Assembly (NCBI GenBank): GCA_963674865.2
Contig: CAXXYE010000001.1
Span: forward strand, 256,001 to 320,000
Reading direction: 5' to 3'
Source: Candidatus Hydrogenedentota bacterium
GTDB taxonomy: Bacteria; Hydrogenedentota; Hydrogenedentia; Hydrogenedentales; SLHB01
DNA: 64,000 nucleotides
Made by a program: the position numbers and the translations under genes. Every line of letters starts with the position of its first letter. The stretch's first letter is position 1. Shown in pieces: positions 47,801 to 56,918 of the stretch. The notes under the pieces are model-generated. The model was not told the DNA's origin. It was given only the letters and a program-made list of their open reading frames with translations, and ran no database searches.

Positions 47801-48497
47801 TCTCCGGGCCTATGCCAAGGCTCTTGAGCCGTTCGGAGTTCAACAGGATCTGAATTTCCTCTTCGCGCCCCCCCTTGACAAGCACCTGTGCGATGCCGAT
47901 TTCCGCTTCGAGGTCATTCTTGAGATAGCGCTCGGCCACTTCTCGGATGCGCGTCAGATCCCGCTGCTCTTGCTCTTGTGCCTCCCCCGCCGTCGCCTCG
48001 GGGGATGGGGGAGGGCCGGTGATAGCGATGCACAAGACCGGGTCGAGGCCCGGGTCGTAGCGAAGGATGACCGGCTTCTCCGTGACCTCCGACGGGGCCT
48101 CGAAGAGGTCTAGGCGATCCCGGACGTCCTGCTGGGCCATGTTCATGTCCGTATCCCACGTGAACTCAAGGACAATCTCCGAGAGCCCGGGTGAGGATAC
48201 GCTGCTGATTTCGACAAGGCCGCTGACGATGCTTAGATTCTCCTCCAAAGGACGCGTGAGCAGTTTCTCGACGTCTTCAGGCGCTGCCCCCTCGTACTCC
48301 GTCCTTACCGTCAGCGTGGGATAGGAGATGTCCGGCATCAGCTTGATGGGAAGCTGTTGGTAGGATTTCCAGCCGAATACGACGAGTGTCAGGAACAGCA
48401 TACCCGTCGCCACGGGGCGTTCAATGGCCAAGCGCCGCACAACGCCCTTCTCGATGGGAGCGGTAGCTTGTGAGGTGGTTTCGTTTGCCGGGGCCAC
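44838..48497 (-). CDS. RND efflux transporter permease, subunit 1, with a large central insertion
   Basis: ERPVAT, GAAPEDVE, GMLVDNSIVVLESI, GIVVNDAIV and RLRPIVMT; 1219 aa. Confidence 0.95.
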   Translation of the reverse strand: MAPANETTSQATAPIEKGVVRRLAIERPVATGMLFLTLVVFGWKSYQQLPIKLMPDISYPTLTVRTEYEGAAPEDVEKLLTRPLEENLSIVSGLVEISSVSSPGLSEIVLEFTWDTDMNMAQQDVRDRLDLFEAPSEVTEKPVILRYDPGLDPVLCIAITGPPPSPEATAGEAQEQEQRDLTRIREVAERYLKNDLEAEIGIAQVLVKGGREEEIQILLNSERLKSLGIGPENVVGSLSEQNINLSGGRLKEGKTEYLVRTLNEFENVDEIGDVIVGRPGGKYIRLGEVADVISGEKERETIARISGREAVILEIHKEGDANTVDVCNKLKDLLGFERTATLSERISSSLAKRASKGQAGVASPASEGARQKTKTLRARLPGDTQFAVISDQSQFIVASIREVQRTAIYGGILALVILFFFLRELRSTAVVGLAIPISVIATFIPMYVRGISFNIMSLGGLALGVGMLVDNSIVVLESIFRCKEEGDDPVSAADRGTREVSSAVTASTLTTIAVFLPIAFVEGVAGQLFGDLALTVAFSLLASLLVALYLIPMIVSRQRLAVLADREVVWLLRCYREARHGSHGRPAALALIIPYGLRDAMKWLQITTKTTLRPAVGILVREHPPEPGAPRATLLAKILRPLVLLSRAVAMVALTVPLSAVLLIHACLKGLATGAITGLFLFSIAALAVVRGAGWVFRVVLWLPLQAFDTSFKAFREAYGASLRWALRLSPVFLLIVGGLAVHAAGRALTLGRELIPPMKQGEFGVRLEAPAGTRLEETDRRARRFVEIAMGMPEVEAVSAEVGSEQLSADAGSRGENIAQFNVSLKDRERNAARQDEIMEALRRKVSGMFPDDEITFTLPTLFTFKNALELQIRGDDPNELRRVGQQALERIRGIDGLKDAELSVRAGYPEIIIEFDRDLLAAKDLSPGQVAERLRTEVQGDVATRFNRGGEKVDIRVRSDQAKLSSLNDLRNMSVTDGYPPVSLASVAGLRVQEGPSEIRRIDQQQVVVVTANVEGRDLGSVGDEVMARIQGIEKPADYQFLLGGQNRELRTSYRSLMFALALAVFLVYVVMACQFESVWHPALIMFSVPLAFIGVIYVLDWLSIDLSVVVFIGGIVLAGIVVNDAIVLVDYVNQLRRRGLAKTDALVQAGVVRLRPIVMTTLTTVLGLIPMAFWTGEGAEIRRPIAITVMAGLTSATVLTLFIIPMAYYLFGGRDR

Positions 48498-49807
48498 TAT
48501 GGCTTACTCTCGCTCTTGGCCTTCTGCGCACTCTCCTCGCGCTTGCGCGTCGCCTCCGCCAGAGCCTCCTCGATGGGCACATCACCCTTCTCGCTCAGTG
48601 CATCCTCCACCGATGTCAGCGTGACCTCGGTGCCGTGCTTGAGCGTGTGCTGTCCCATTGTGACCACCAGCGCGTCCGCCTCGATGCCGTCCAGTATCTC
48701 CACAAACTGGCTGTCCTCCAGGCCGACCTTCACCTCAACCTGCTCGGCCACGAAGCGCAGTTCCTCGGGCGCAGCCATGTCCTTCTTTGCCTGAGCGCCA
48801 TCACCGCTCTCAGACTTGCCGCCTTCGTCCGGTGGGGGGGCTTGGGCCTCTTGCACGTCTGGTTCCTGTTCTTTCGTAGGTTCACGTAGGACGAATACGT
48901 ACTTTCTTACATTCTTATCGACCACGGCGTTCTTGGGCAGAAGGATGGCGTTATGATGCGTGTCGGTTACCAGGCGCACCCAGGCATAGGCCCCGTCGAT
49001 AAGCCGCTCACGCGTTTCTGCGTCAAAATCGAGCGTGACTCTGAATGTAAGGCTGACGGGGTCGATCCCCGGATTGATCCGGCGTATATGCGCCTCGAAC
49101 TCCTGGCCATCCAGGGCGTCGATACGCACCAGTGCCGCCTGACCTTCCCGCAGACGCGGCAAGTCCAGGTCCTGGACATCGATCACGAGCATGAAGGTGT
49201 TGGGGTCGACAATGCTGAATACGGAGCTCCCGGCGCTTATGAATTGCCCAGGCTGGATGTCTTTCCGCGTGACAAGTCCCGAGATGGGTGCGCGAATCGT
49301 CAGATTCTCCACCTGGATACGCTGCAATTCCACGTTCGCCAGGCCCTGTTCGTAGGTGAAGCGGGCGGCGTCCGCGTCCTGATCGCTATAAAGCGAAGCA
49401 CCGTCCTCTTCGCGCCCCTTCTTTACACGGTCATAGTCGGCCTTGTTCTTTCGGAGCTGGACTTCCGCCTGATGCAGCGATGCTTGGGCCTGCTTCTTGT
49501 CCAACTCCGCCAGAACATCGCCCGCGTCCACCGTGTCCCCCTCTTCGACGCGAACGCTGACGCACCTTCCCGTGCCTTCGGCCATGACTTCGACCCGAGC
49601 CTCTGCTTCGACGCGCGAGTTCGTCTCGAAGTAGGACGAGATGTCGGCCCGCGTTGGACGTGTTGCCTGCACAGGAATGGTGGCTGCCTTCGGATCTTCA
49701 CTCACTGTGTCGGCTGGACTGGCTTTTCCCGCCGTCTTCTTCGGGAAGCAGCCGGCCAAACCGAGCAGGGCTGTTGCTAATACCAATAAAGTCAGTAGGT
49801 TACGCAT
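48497..49807 (-). CDS. RND periplasmic adaptor (membrane fusion) lipoprotein
   Basis: GGAGG RBS; lipobox LAGC; VEEGDTVDAGDVLAELD and IRAPISGLV. Confidence 0.93.
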   Translation of the reverse strand: MRNLLTLLVLATALLGLAGCFPKKTAGKASPADTVSEDPKAATIPVQATRPTRADISSYFETNSRVEAEARVEVMAEGTGRCVSVRVEEGDTVDAGDVLAELDKKQAQASLHQAEVQLRKNKADYDRVKKGREEDGASLYSDQDADAARFTYEQGLANVELQRIQVENLTIRAPISGLVTRKDIQPGQFISAGSSVFSIVDPNTFMLVIDVQDLDLPRLREGQAALVRIDALDGQEFEAHIRRINPGIDPVSLTFRVTLDFDAETRERLIDGAYAWVRLVTDTHHNAILLPKNAVVDKNVRKYVFVLREPTKEQEPDVQEAQAPPPDEGGKSESGDGAQAKKDMAAPEELRFVAEQVEVKVGLEDSQFVEILDGIEADALVVTMGQHTLKHGTEVTLTSVEDALSEKGDVPIEEALAEATRKREESAQKAKSESKP

Positions 49808-49978
49808 TCCACCTCCACGTCTATAGAAGATCCACCACAGGCCGCACCCTTTGTGGGCTCTCGGCTTCGTCGTGCTCTCGGCGACACATCGAGCAGGCAT
49901 TGCCTGCCTCAATAACCTCAACTTAGACTCTCATTTACGCGTTACGGTTTCGCCTGTATTGACACCCTTACGAAAGCG

Positions 49979-51553
49979 TCACGGTTCTTCCGGGGCGCTG
50001 TCTCCGAGCCCCCAGCAGAACACCGTTACGTCTTCACTGGACGCCTCGGGAAGTCGCGTCATGTGGGCTTCCACCCAGGCCACATCTTCCGCCAGAAAGT
50101 CAAACCGATAGAACCGCCACCACTCCGCCAGGAAGTACCCCTTCGGATGCGCCGCCACGAAATCCCGCAAGGCGGCCACATCCGCCAATCCCGCGATTCC
50201 TGACTCGTCCTTTTCCCACGGGAGCGTCCTGCTGGGATACCAACTGTCGCACCGCCCGACGTAATAGAGCGCCGGAAGGTACATCGTGGACAGTACCACC
50301 GTGCCGTCCAGACGTTCCCGGACATACTGACAAGGCTGTCGCCATTGCGGGTGTTTCCGGGCGAGAGTAACATCCGCCCCGCGCGCCACTTCCAAGGAGT
50401 CTCCCACGAGCCGCGCGGTAGACCAGGCGAGCCGGAGTCCGAAGGCTACGACGGCGATCGCAAGCACCGTCCGTATCCAAGAGCGTTTTGCCGTTGTCAG
50501 GAAGCGGGCCAGGGCAACCAGCGCAAAGGAGAAGGCGGCGGCGTAGAAAGGGAAAGCAAAATACATGAAGCGTGGGCGCCGGTAGCCTACCAGCCACGTC
50601 AGCACGCACACCGGAACCCAGAACGCCGACGCGGCAAAGAGGCCGCGCCTCCCGGCTCGTGGCAGCATAAGGGCCGTGCCGGCCAATGCGAGCGCGAAAT
50701 AGGCTGTGCTCAGGTTGTCATAGAGCCACCTGAGGTAGAAGTCCCTGTCTTGTCGGTAAGCGTCCTCAAGGTCTCCGCCCAGTCCGCCGCCGGCGAAGAT
50801 GGCCAACTGATCTCCCTTGGGCAGGGTGAGCCGGTAGAGGCACAGCGTGACTAGTCCCACCACGGCGACGCCGGCGCAGACCAGCGTCCACCGCGACTTG
50901 AGCCGCTTCGCATGGGCCGCCATCGCGAGCGCGTACACTCCAAGGGGGAGCAAGAACAGGATGGAGTGGAGCGATGTGGCCGCACCCGCCAGATAGGCCA
51001 GCAGGCATGCCGCCGCCCATTTCATGGACGCCCGGTGACTGTCCGCTTCGAGCATGCGCCACGCGGCGTAGAGCATACACAGGTACAGCAACTGCTGGAG
51101 CGCATAGGGCCTTGCCTCCCGCGACCACGCGACGGACCATGGCGACAGCGCCAGGGCGAATGCCGCCACGATGCCGCAAGCGCGCCCGAGGAGCGTTCGC
51201 GTCACCACGTAGGTTAGTCCCACGCACGCCGCTCCCAGGAGCACCGACGGCGTCCTTACTGCCGCTTCCCCGTCGCCGAGGAAGCGTATGAAGGCAGCCA
51301 ATATCGCATTGTATAGCGACGCGTTTACGTAGGGGCGCCCACTCGGGAGTAGGAAGTGCCCCGTGGCGGCCACGCTCTTGGCGACGAACACGTGGACGAG
51401 TTCGTCGTGCCAAAGGCTAGGTGTGCCCAAATGGGAGAATCCCAGCGCGAGCGACGTGGCAACAGCCGCCGCCAGCAGGCCGTACTCCCATATCTGCGGC
51501 GGGGCGTTGTCCCCCGTGAGGCGGCCGGCATGCCATGGTGGATGCTCAGGCAT
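49979..51553 (-). CDS. GT-C membrane glycosyltransferase (PMT_2/ArnT-like)
   Basis: SLWHDE, AVRTPS and WSREARPY; many TM helices. Confidence 0.8.
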   Translation of the reverse strand: MPEHPPWHAGRLTGDNAPPQIWEYGLLAAAVATSLALGFSHLGTPSLWHDELVHVFVAKSVAATGHFLLPSGRPYVNASLYNAILAAFIRFLGDGEAAVRTPSVLLGAACVGLTYVVTRTLLGRACGIVAAFALALSPWSVAWSREARPYALQQLLYLCMLYAAWRMLEADSHRASMKWAAACLLAYLAGAATSLHSILFLLPLGVYALAMAAHAKRLKSRWTLVCAGVAVVGLVTLCLYRLTLPKGDQLAIFAGGGLGGDLEDAYRQDRDFYLRWLYDNLSTAYFALALAGTALMLPRAGRRGLFAASAFWVPVCVLTWLVGYRRPRFMYFAFPFYAAAFSFALVALARFLTTAKRSWIRTVLAIAVVAFGLRLAWSTARLVGDSLEVARGADVTLARKHPQWRQPCQYVRERLDGTVVLSTMYLPALYYVGRCDSWYPSRTLPWEKDESGIAGLADVAALRDFVAAHPKGYFLAEWWRFYRFDFLAEDVAWVEAHMTRLPEASSEDVTVFCWGLGDSAPEEP

Positions 51554-51855
51554 CTTGCCCCCGGGCGCCTCTGCTCCCCGTGTGGTCCTGATGAATCATG
51601 ACGGGATTGTAGATGATGGCACCTCGCCACGGCCAGTGCCGCGTGCGGGGCGTTCTCGCCTTCGATGGCCTCGAGTGTGGCGTTGCGGGTGACGCCTAAT
51701 CGGGGCCTTCGGCCAAGTTGCGGCACGCCAATAGATTATGCTAGTCTCTGTCGCTACGTGCGGGTGTGCCGCAGGGAGATGCTTGGGCGCGGGGAATCGA
51801 ATAAAACCGTGTCCGGAGCAAACCAATCCAAACAGGCTGAGGGAAGGGAAGTTTC

Positions 51856-52611
51856 GTGAGGAAACCGCTCATCGCTGGGAACTGGAAGTTGAACAAGCTT
51901 GTTGGCGAGGCCATGGAAACCGTCAACGTGCTCAAGCCGCTGGTCGCGGACGTCGCCGATGTAGATATCGTCGTCTGCCCGACGTACACGGCACTGTATG
52001 CCGTGGGCGAGGCGCTTAAAGGCTCAAACGTCGAGATGGGCGCCCAGAATGCCTACACCCAGGAGAGCGGAGCCTATACCGGCGAGATTTCGCCGCAGAT
52101 GCTGTTGGACGTGGGATGCGCGTGGACCATCATCGGCCACAGCGAACGCCGGCAGTACTTCAAGGAAGACGACCAATTCCTCAACGAAAAGCTGAAATTC
52201 GCTCTCAAGAGCGGCCTGAAGGTTATGTTCTGCATCGGCGAGACCCTCGACGAGCGCAACGGCGGCAAGATGAACGATGTACTGAGCCGCCAGGTTGTCA
52301 ATGGGCTTGCAGGGCTTGCGGAAGCCGACTTCGCGAACATGGCTATCGCCTACGAGCCCATCTGGGCCATCGGCACGGGCGTTACCGCTACGCCCGAGCA
52401 GGCCGAGGAGGCCCACGCTTTTGTTCGTGGCCTCGTCAAGGAGCAGTTCGGAGAAACCATTGCCGCGCAATTGCGGATTCAATACGGTGGGAGCGTAAAA
52501 CCCGATAATGCGGCCGAACTCATGGCCAAAGAGAATGTCGACGGCGCGCTGGTCGGCGGTGCGGCGCTGAAGGCTGATAGCTTCGCGGCCATCGTCAAAG
52601 CCGGCGCCTAG
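51856..52611 (+). CDS. tpiA: Triosephosphate isomerase
   Basis: AGNWK, GHSERR, AYEPIWAIGTG, YGGSV and LVGGA. Confidence 0.99.
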   Translation: MRKPLIAGNWKLNKLVGEAMETVNVLKPLVADVADVDIVVCPTYTALYAVGEALKGSNVEMGAQNAYTQESGAYTGEISPQMLLDVGCAWTIIGHSERRQYFKEDDQFLNEKLKFALKSGLKVMFCIGETLDERNGGKMNDVLSRQVVNGLAGLAEADFANMAIAYEPIWAIGTGVTATPEQAEEAHAFVRGLVKEQFGETIAAQLRIQYGGSVKPDNAAELMAKENVDGALVGGAALKADSFAAIVKAGA

Positions 52612-52624
52612 GAGGGTGTAGCTC

Positions 52625-53161
52625 GTGGATGGCATCTGGGAATTCATCTGGCGCTGGGAAACGCTCTGGTTCCTGCTGCTGATTGTCTATGTGCCTTGCT
52701 GCGTGGGGCTTATCACGATCGTGTTGCTTCAGAAGGGCAAAGGCACAGGCTTCGCCGGAGCCTTTGGTATGGGCGGCGGCTCGGAAGCCGTGTTCGGGCC
52801 CAGGGCCGGCAAGAGCCTGCCTGTCCGGCTCACCAAAGTGATGGCCGGGCTTTTCTTGACGTTGGCGCTGATCATGTCCCTGGTGGCCGGCCGCGTGGGC
52901 AAAGGCGTCGCGCCGGAACTGGTCGATGAGCCAAGCGAGGAAGTCAGCGGACTAACCGGCCTCGACGACTTGGATATCGGCGGCAAGCGCATTACGGAAG
53001 ACGGCAAGGTTGCCGACGCATCCGATGGTCAGGTTGAGGCGGCTCCCGAAGGGGGGATGTCGTCGACAGGCGGCGAGTCAACTTCTTCGCCTCCGGAGAG
53101 CGGCGACGTGGCCGCCCCAAGTGACCAGCCCGCCGATGACACAGACGAGGACGAAGGCTAG
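52625..53161 (+). CDS. secG: Preprotein translocase subunit SecG with a long acidic tail
   Basis: VLLQKGKGTGFAGAFG.GG lies between two TM helices; canonical tpiA-secG synteny. Confidence 0.92.
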   Translation: MDGIWEFIWRWETLWFLLLIVYVPCCVGLITIVLLQKGKGTGFAGAFGMGGGSEAVFGPRAGKSLPVRLTKVMAGLFLTLALIMSLVAGRVGKGVAPELVDEPSEEVSGLTGLDDLDIGGKRITEDGKVADASDGQVEAAPEGGMSSTGGESTSSPPESGDVAAPSDQPADDTDEDEG

Positions 53162-53272
53162 CACGACCACGCCTCGGCGGGTCTGTACCTCTTCCTGTAG
53201 AACGGCGCCTCGTCGGAAGCTACCTGTCCTTAGGCATGCCACTAAGCCGCCGTCCGAAGAAGGCAAGAGCCA

Positions 53273-54526
53273 ATGGATAAGATTCTGATCCGCGGCGGCA
53301 ATCCCCTCCGGGGAAGCGTCCAGGTGCGCGGGGCCAAGAATGCCACACTGCCGCTTATGGCGGCGGCGATCCTCGCCGAGCAGCCCTGCGTACTGCACAA
53401 TGTGCCTTGCCTCCATGACATCTTCACCATGGACAAGATCCTGGCCGGTATGGGCATGACCATCGAGTTCACCGGCCGCTATATGACTCTCGACGCAAGC
53501 ACCATCAATGCCCAGGTCGCCCCCTACGACCTCGTCCGCAAGATGCGTGCTTCCTTTTTTGTTCTCGGGCCCTTGTTGGGGCGTTTCGGGAAGGCGCGCG
53601 TCTCTATGCCGGGAGGGTGTGCTATCGGTTCACGGCCCGTCGATATCCATCTGAAGGGCTTTGAGGCCATGGGCGCCCATGTGAGCATTGAAGAGGGATA
53701 CGTCATGGCCGAGGGCGGCCTCCAAGGCGCCGATTTTGCCCTGGATTTTCCCAGCGTGGGCGCCACCGAGAACCTGATGATGGCCGCGTGCCGCGCCAAG
53801 GGGGTCACTCGCCTGACCAACGTCGCCCGCGAGCCGGAAATCGCCGACTTGGCCCGGTTTCTCAACGCCATGGGCGCGCAAATCTCGGGTGCGGGCACGG
53901 ACCTTATCACTATCGTCGGCACGGATTCCCTCGGTGGAGCGGAGCACGTGGTGATCCCCGACCGCATCGAGGTCGGCACGTTCCTTATTGCCGGCGTGGC
54001 CACACACGGCGACATCACCGTGCAGAACGGCAATGCCGACCACCTGCCCGGCTTCCTCACCAAGTTGCGTGAAACCGGCGCGGAGGTGGAAGTACACGGC
54101 ACCAGCATCCGCGCCGCGGCCACAAATGGGATCAAGGCCGTCGATGTCATGACGCAGCCTTATCCAGGCTTCGCGACGGACCTTCAGGCCCAGACGATGG
54201 CCATGCTTTCGGTGGCCCAGGGCGTAAGCGTCATCAAGGAGAACGTGTTCGAGAATCGCTTCATGCAGGTGGCTGAACTGCGGCGAATGGGCGCGGATAT
54301 TGACCTCGACGGCAACGCGGCCGTCGTGCGGGGTGTTTCCGAACTCAAGGGTGCGCCCGTCATGGCTTCGGACTTGCGCGCCAGCGCCGCCCTTGTTATC
54401 GCGGGGCTCATCGCGCGGAAGGGCGAGACGGCGGTATCCCGCGTGTATCACATCGATCGCGGATACGAACGAATCGAAGAGCGTTTGGCCGCTCTAGGAG
54501 CCGATATCGAACGCGTCAGGACGTAG
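53273..54526 (+). CDS. murA: UDP-N-acetylglucosamine 1-carboxyvinyltransferase
   Basis: GAKNA, KMRAS, PGGCAIGSRP (active-site Cys), PDRIE, YPGFATD and DLRA. Confidence 0.99.
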   Translation: MDKILIRGGNPLRGSVQVRGAKNATLPLMAAAILAEQPCVLHNVPCLHDIFTMDKILAGMGMTIEFTGRYMTLDASTINAQVAPYDLVRKMRASFFVLGPLLGRFGKARVSMPGGCAIGSRPVDIHLKGFEAMGAHVSIEEGYVMAEGGLQGADFALDFPSVGATENLMMAACRAKGVTRLTNVAREPEIADLARFLNAMGAQISGAGTDLITIVGTDSLGGAEHVVIPDRIEVGTFLIAGVATHGDITVQNGNADHLPGFLTKLRETGAEVEVHGTSIRAAATNGIKAVDVMTQPYPGFATDLQAQTMAMLSVAQGVSVIKENVFENRFMQVAELRRMGADIDLDGNAAVVRGVSELKGAPVMASDLRASAALVIAGLIARKGETAVSRVYHIDRGYERIEERLAALGADIERVRT

Positions 54527-54554
54527 CGGGCATCAAGAACGGAGTAAGATTGAC

Positions 54555-55508
54555 ATGCGTGTGCTTATCACCGGTTCCAGTGGGCAGATCGGAACGAACC
54601 TTGCCCTGCGGCTGCTTGACGAGGGGCACTACGTTTTCGGCGTCGATGTCCGGCGAAACACGTGGACGGATAAGATCGAGACTCTCTACCAGGATCTCAG
54701 CATGCCCTACCGCAACTTCAAAGGCGGTATCGGGCATGTCGAATACCCCCCGAACTTGGACATTGTTGTCCACCTAGCGGCCCACGCCAAAGTCCACGAG
54801 CTTGTCGAGCAACCCGAGCGCGCACTCGAGAACATCACGATGACTTTCAATGCGCTCGAGTTCTGCCGCGCCAATGACCTCCCCATTATCTTCAGCAGCT
54901 CCCGGGAAGTTTACGGCGATATCCACCGGTATATCACCGAGGAGTCGCACGCCGACTTCAGCTTCACTGAAAGCCCTTACAGCGCAAGCAAGATCTCGGG
55001 CGAGGCGCTCGTCTATTCCTATGCACAGTGCTATGAGCTGCCCTACATCGTGTTTCGTTTCAGCAACGTCTACGGACGCTATGACAACGACATCGAGCGT
55101 ATGGAGCGCGTTATCCCTTTGTTCATACACCGAATCAAACGCGGCGAGCCCATCACCGTCTTCGGCAAGAAGAAGACACTCGACTTCACCTACGTCGATG
55201 ACTGTGTCGACGGCATCATCAGAGGTATCGATACGCTGGTGAGCCGCCGCGATCTTGCCGAAACGATCAACCTGGCCTACGGACAAGGCCAGACGCTCGT
55301 TTCCATGGCCCAATACATCGGCGAGGAACTTGGCGCCGAGCCTCAAATGACCATCGCACCCACCCGCGTCGGCGAGGTCACGCACTACGTCGCCGATATC
55401 GGCAAGGCCCGAGCCTTGTTGGACTACAATCCCACCACGTGCCTCCGTGAAGGCATCGCGAAAGCTATCGCCTGGTCGAAGGAATTCGCCGCACAACATT
55501 CGGTATAA
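54555..55508 (+). CDS. NAD-dependent nucleotide-sugar epimerase/dehydratase (extended SDR)
   Basis: TGSSGQIG, SSREVYG, YSASK (YxxxK), RFSNVYG and DFTYVDD. Confidence 0.93.
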   Translation: MRVLITGSSGQIGTNLALRLLDEGHYVFGVDVRRNTWTDKIETLYQDLSMPYRNFKGGIGHVEYPPNLDIVVHLAAHAKVHELVEQPERALENITMTFNALEFCRANDLPIIFSSSREVYGDIHRYITEESHADFSFTESPYSASKISGEALVYSYAQCYELPYIVFRFSNVYGRYDNDIERMERVIPLFIHRIKRGEPITVFGKKKTLDFTYVDDCVDGIIRGIDTLVSRRDLAETINLAYGQGQTLVSMAQYIGEELGAEPQMTIAPTRVGEVTHYVADIGKARALLDYNPTTCLREGIAKAIAWSKEFAAQHSV

Positions 55509-55613
55509 TCCCGGCCAAATCCAAGTATGCATTCCCTGTGCCAAAGAGTGGAGTGTAGGTGTGTAAGTTCGCGACTTCTTCTTGAGGTTTTTCGACAAAG
55601 GAAATGACCGACC

Positions 55614-56918
55614 ATGAAGATGCTCGAGATCGGTGACAAACTGGCGCTCGAAGAGGCTGTGCGTTTGCTAACCTGCCGCGCCGCTGACGGCGGGGTGGGA
55701 AGCGCATCGGCCGAAAAAGCCCAGGCTGTGGCGGCCATTGTCGAGGCCGTGCGCGAGCGCGGCGACGAGGCTGTAGCCGAATACACGCAACAATTTGACG
55801 GTGTGGCCCTTGCGCCAGGCGACTTCGAGTTGTCCGCCGAGGAGCTTGAAACGGCGGCTTCGCAGGTCGAGCGCCCCTTGCTGGCCGCCTTGGAGCGCGC
55901 CTGCGAGAACATCCGCCGCTTTCACGCGAATAACCTACGCGAGTCGTGGGAGGAGACGGCGGAGGACGGCACTGTCCTCGGGCAGCGTATCACGCCTATC
56001 GAGCGGGTCGGCGTGTACGTTCCCGGCGGAAAGGCCTTCTATCCATCCTCCGTCCTGATGAATATTGTTCCCGCCCGGGTGGCCGGCGTGTCTGAGATCG
56101 TCATGGTATCGCCGCCGTCGTACGAGGGTGCGATCAACCCGGTGGTTCTGGCCGCCGCCCGTATCGCGGGCGCCACCCGCGTGTTCCGTGTCGGCGGGGC
56201 TCAGGCTATTGCCGCGCTGGCATACGGCACGGAAACGATCCCGCCTGTGCTCAAGATCACAGGCCCGGGCAACACGTATGTCACCATCGCCAAGCGGCTT
56301 GTGCAGTCTGTATGCGCCATTGACACCGAGGCCGGGCCGTCCGAAGTCGTTGTCATCGCTGACGCGAAGGCCGATCCCCGTTACGTCGCCGCGGAGATGC
56401 TTGCCCAGGCCGAGCACGACGAAGAAGCCGCCGCGATTCTGCTAACCTCTTCGGGCGACCTGGCCCGCGCGGTACTTGCGGAGATCGACGCGCAAAGTGC
56501 GGATCTTGCGCGAGAGGGGATCATTCGTAAAGCCCTGGAAGCGCAGGGCGCTGTTGTCGTCACCCGAAGCCTTGATGAGGCGGCGCGGATTACCGATGAA
56601 CTCGCTCCGGAACACCTGGTTATCTGTACCGAGTATCCCAGGAAAGTTTTCGACAAGGTGTCGAATGTAGGGGCCGCGTTCCTTGGCTCCATGAGTCCGG
56701 TGGCCATCGGCGACTACTATGCCGGCCCCAACCACATCCTGCCCACGGCGCGCCGAGCCCGATTCGCCTCGCCGCTGACAACAGAGGATTTTCGCAAGGT
56801 TACCAGCGTCATTTCCTATTCAAAGGAACGCCTGATGAAGGATGCGGACGATATTATCCGCCTTGCCACCGCCGAGCAACTGACGGCGCACGCAAACACC
56901 GTGGAGATTCGCAAGTGA
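55614..56918 (+). CDS. hisD: Histidinol dehydrogenase
   Basis: GVYVPGG, GGAQAIAALAYG, AGPSE, AQAEHD, APEHL and GPNHILPT. Confidence 0.98.
   Translation: MKMLEIGDKLALEEAVRLLTCRAADGGVGSASAEKAQAVAAIVEAVRERGDEAVAEYTQQFDGVALAPGDFELSAEELETAASQVERPLLAALERACENIRRFHANNLRESWEETAEDGTVLGQRITPIERVGVYVPGGKAFYPSSVLMNIVPARVAGVSEIVMVSPPSYEGAINPVVLAAARIAGATRVFRVGGAQAIAALAYGTETIPPVLKITGPGNTYVTIAKRLVQSVCAIDTEAGPSEVVVIADAKADPRYVAAEMLAQAEHDEEAAAILLTSSGDLARAVLAEIDAQSADLAREGIIRKALEAQGAVVVTRSLDEAARITDELAPEHLVICTEYPRKVFDKVSNVGAAFLGSMSPVAIGDYYAGPNHILPTARRARFASPLTTEDFRKVTSVISYSKERLMKDADDIIRLATAEQLTAHANTVEIRK

Noticed and set aside
53161..53273. Expected tRNA after secG
   Set aside because: No cloverleaf, T-loop GTTCRA or CCA end is visible.
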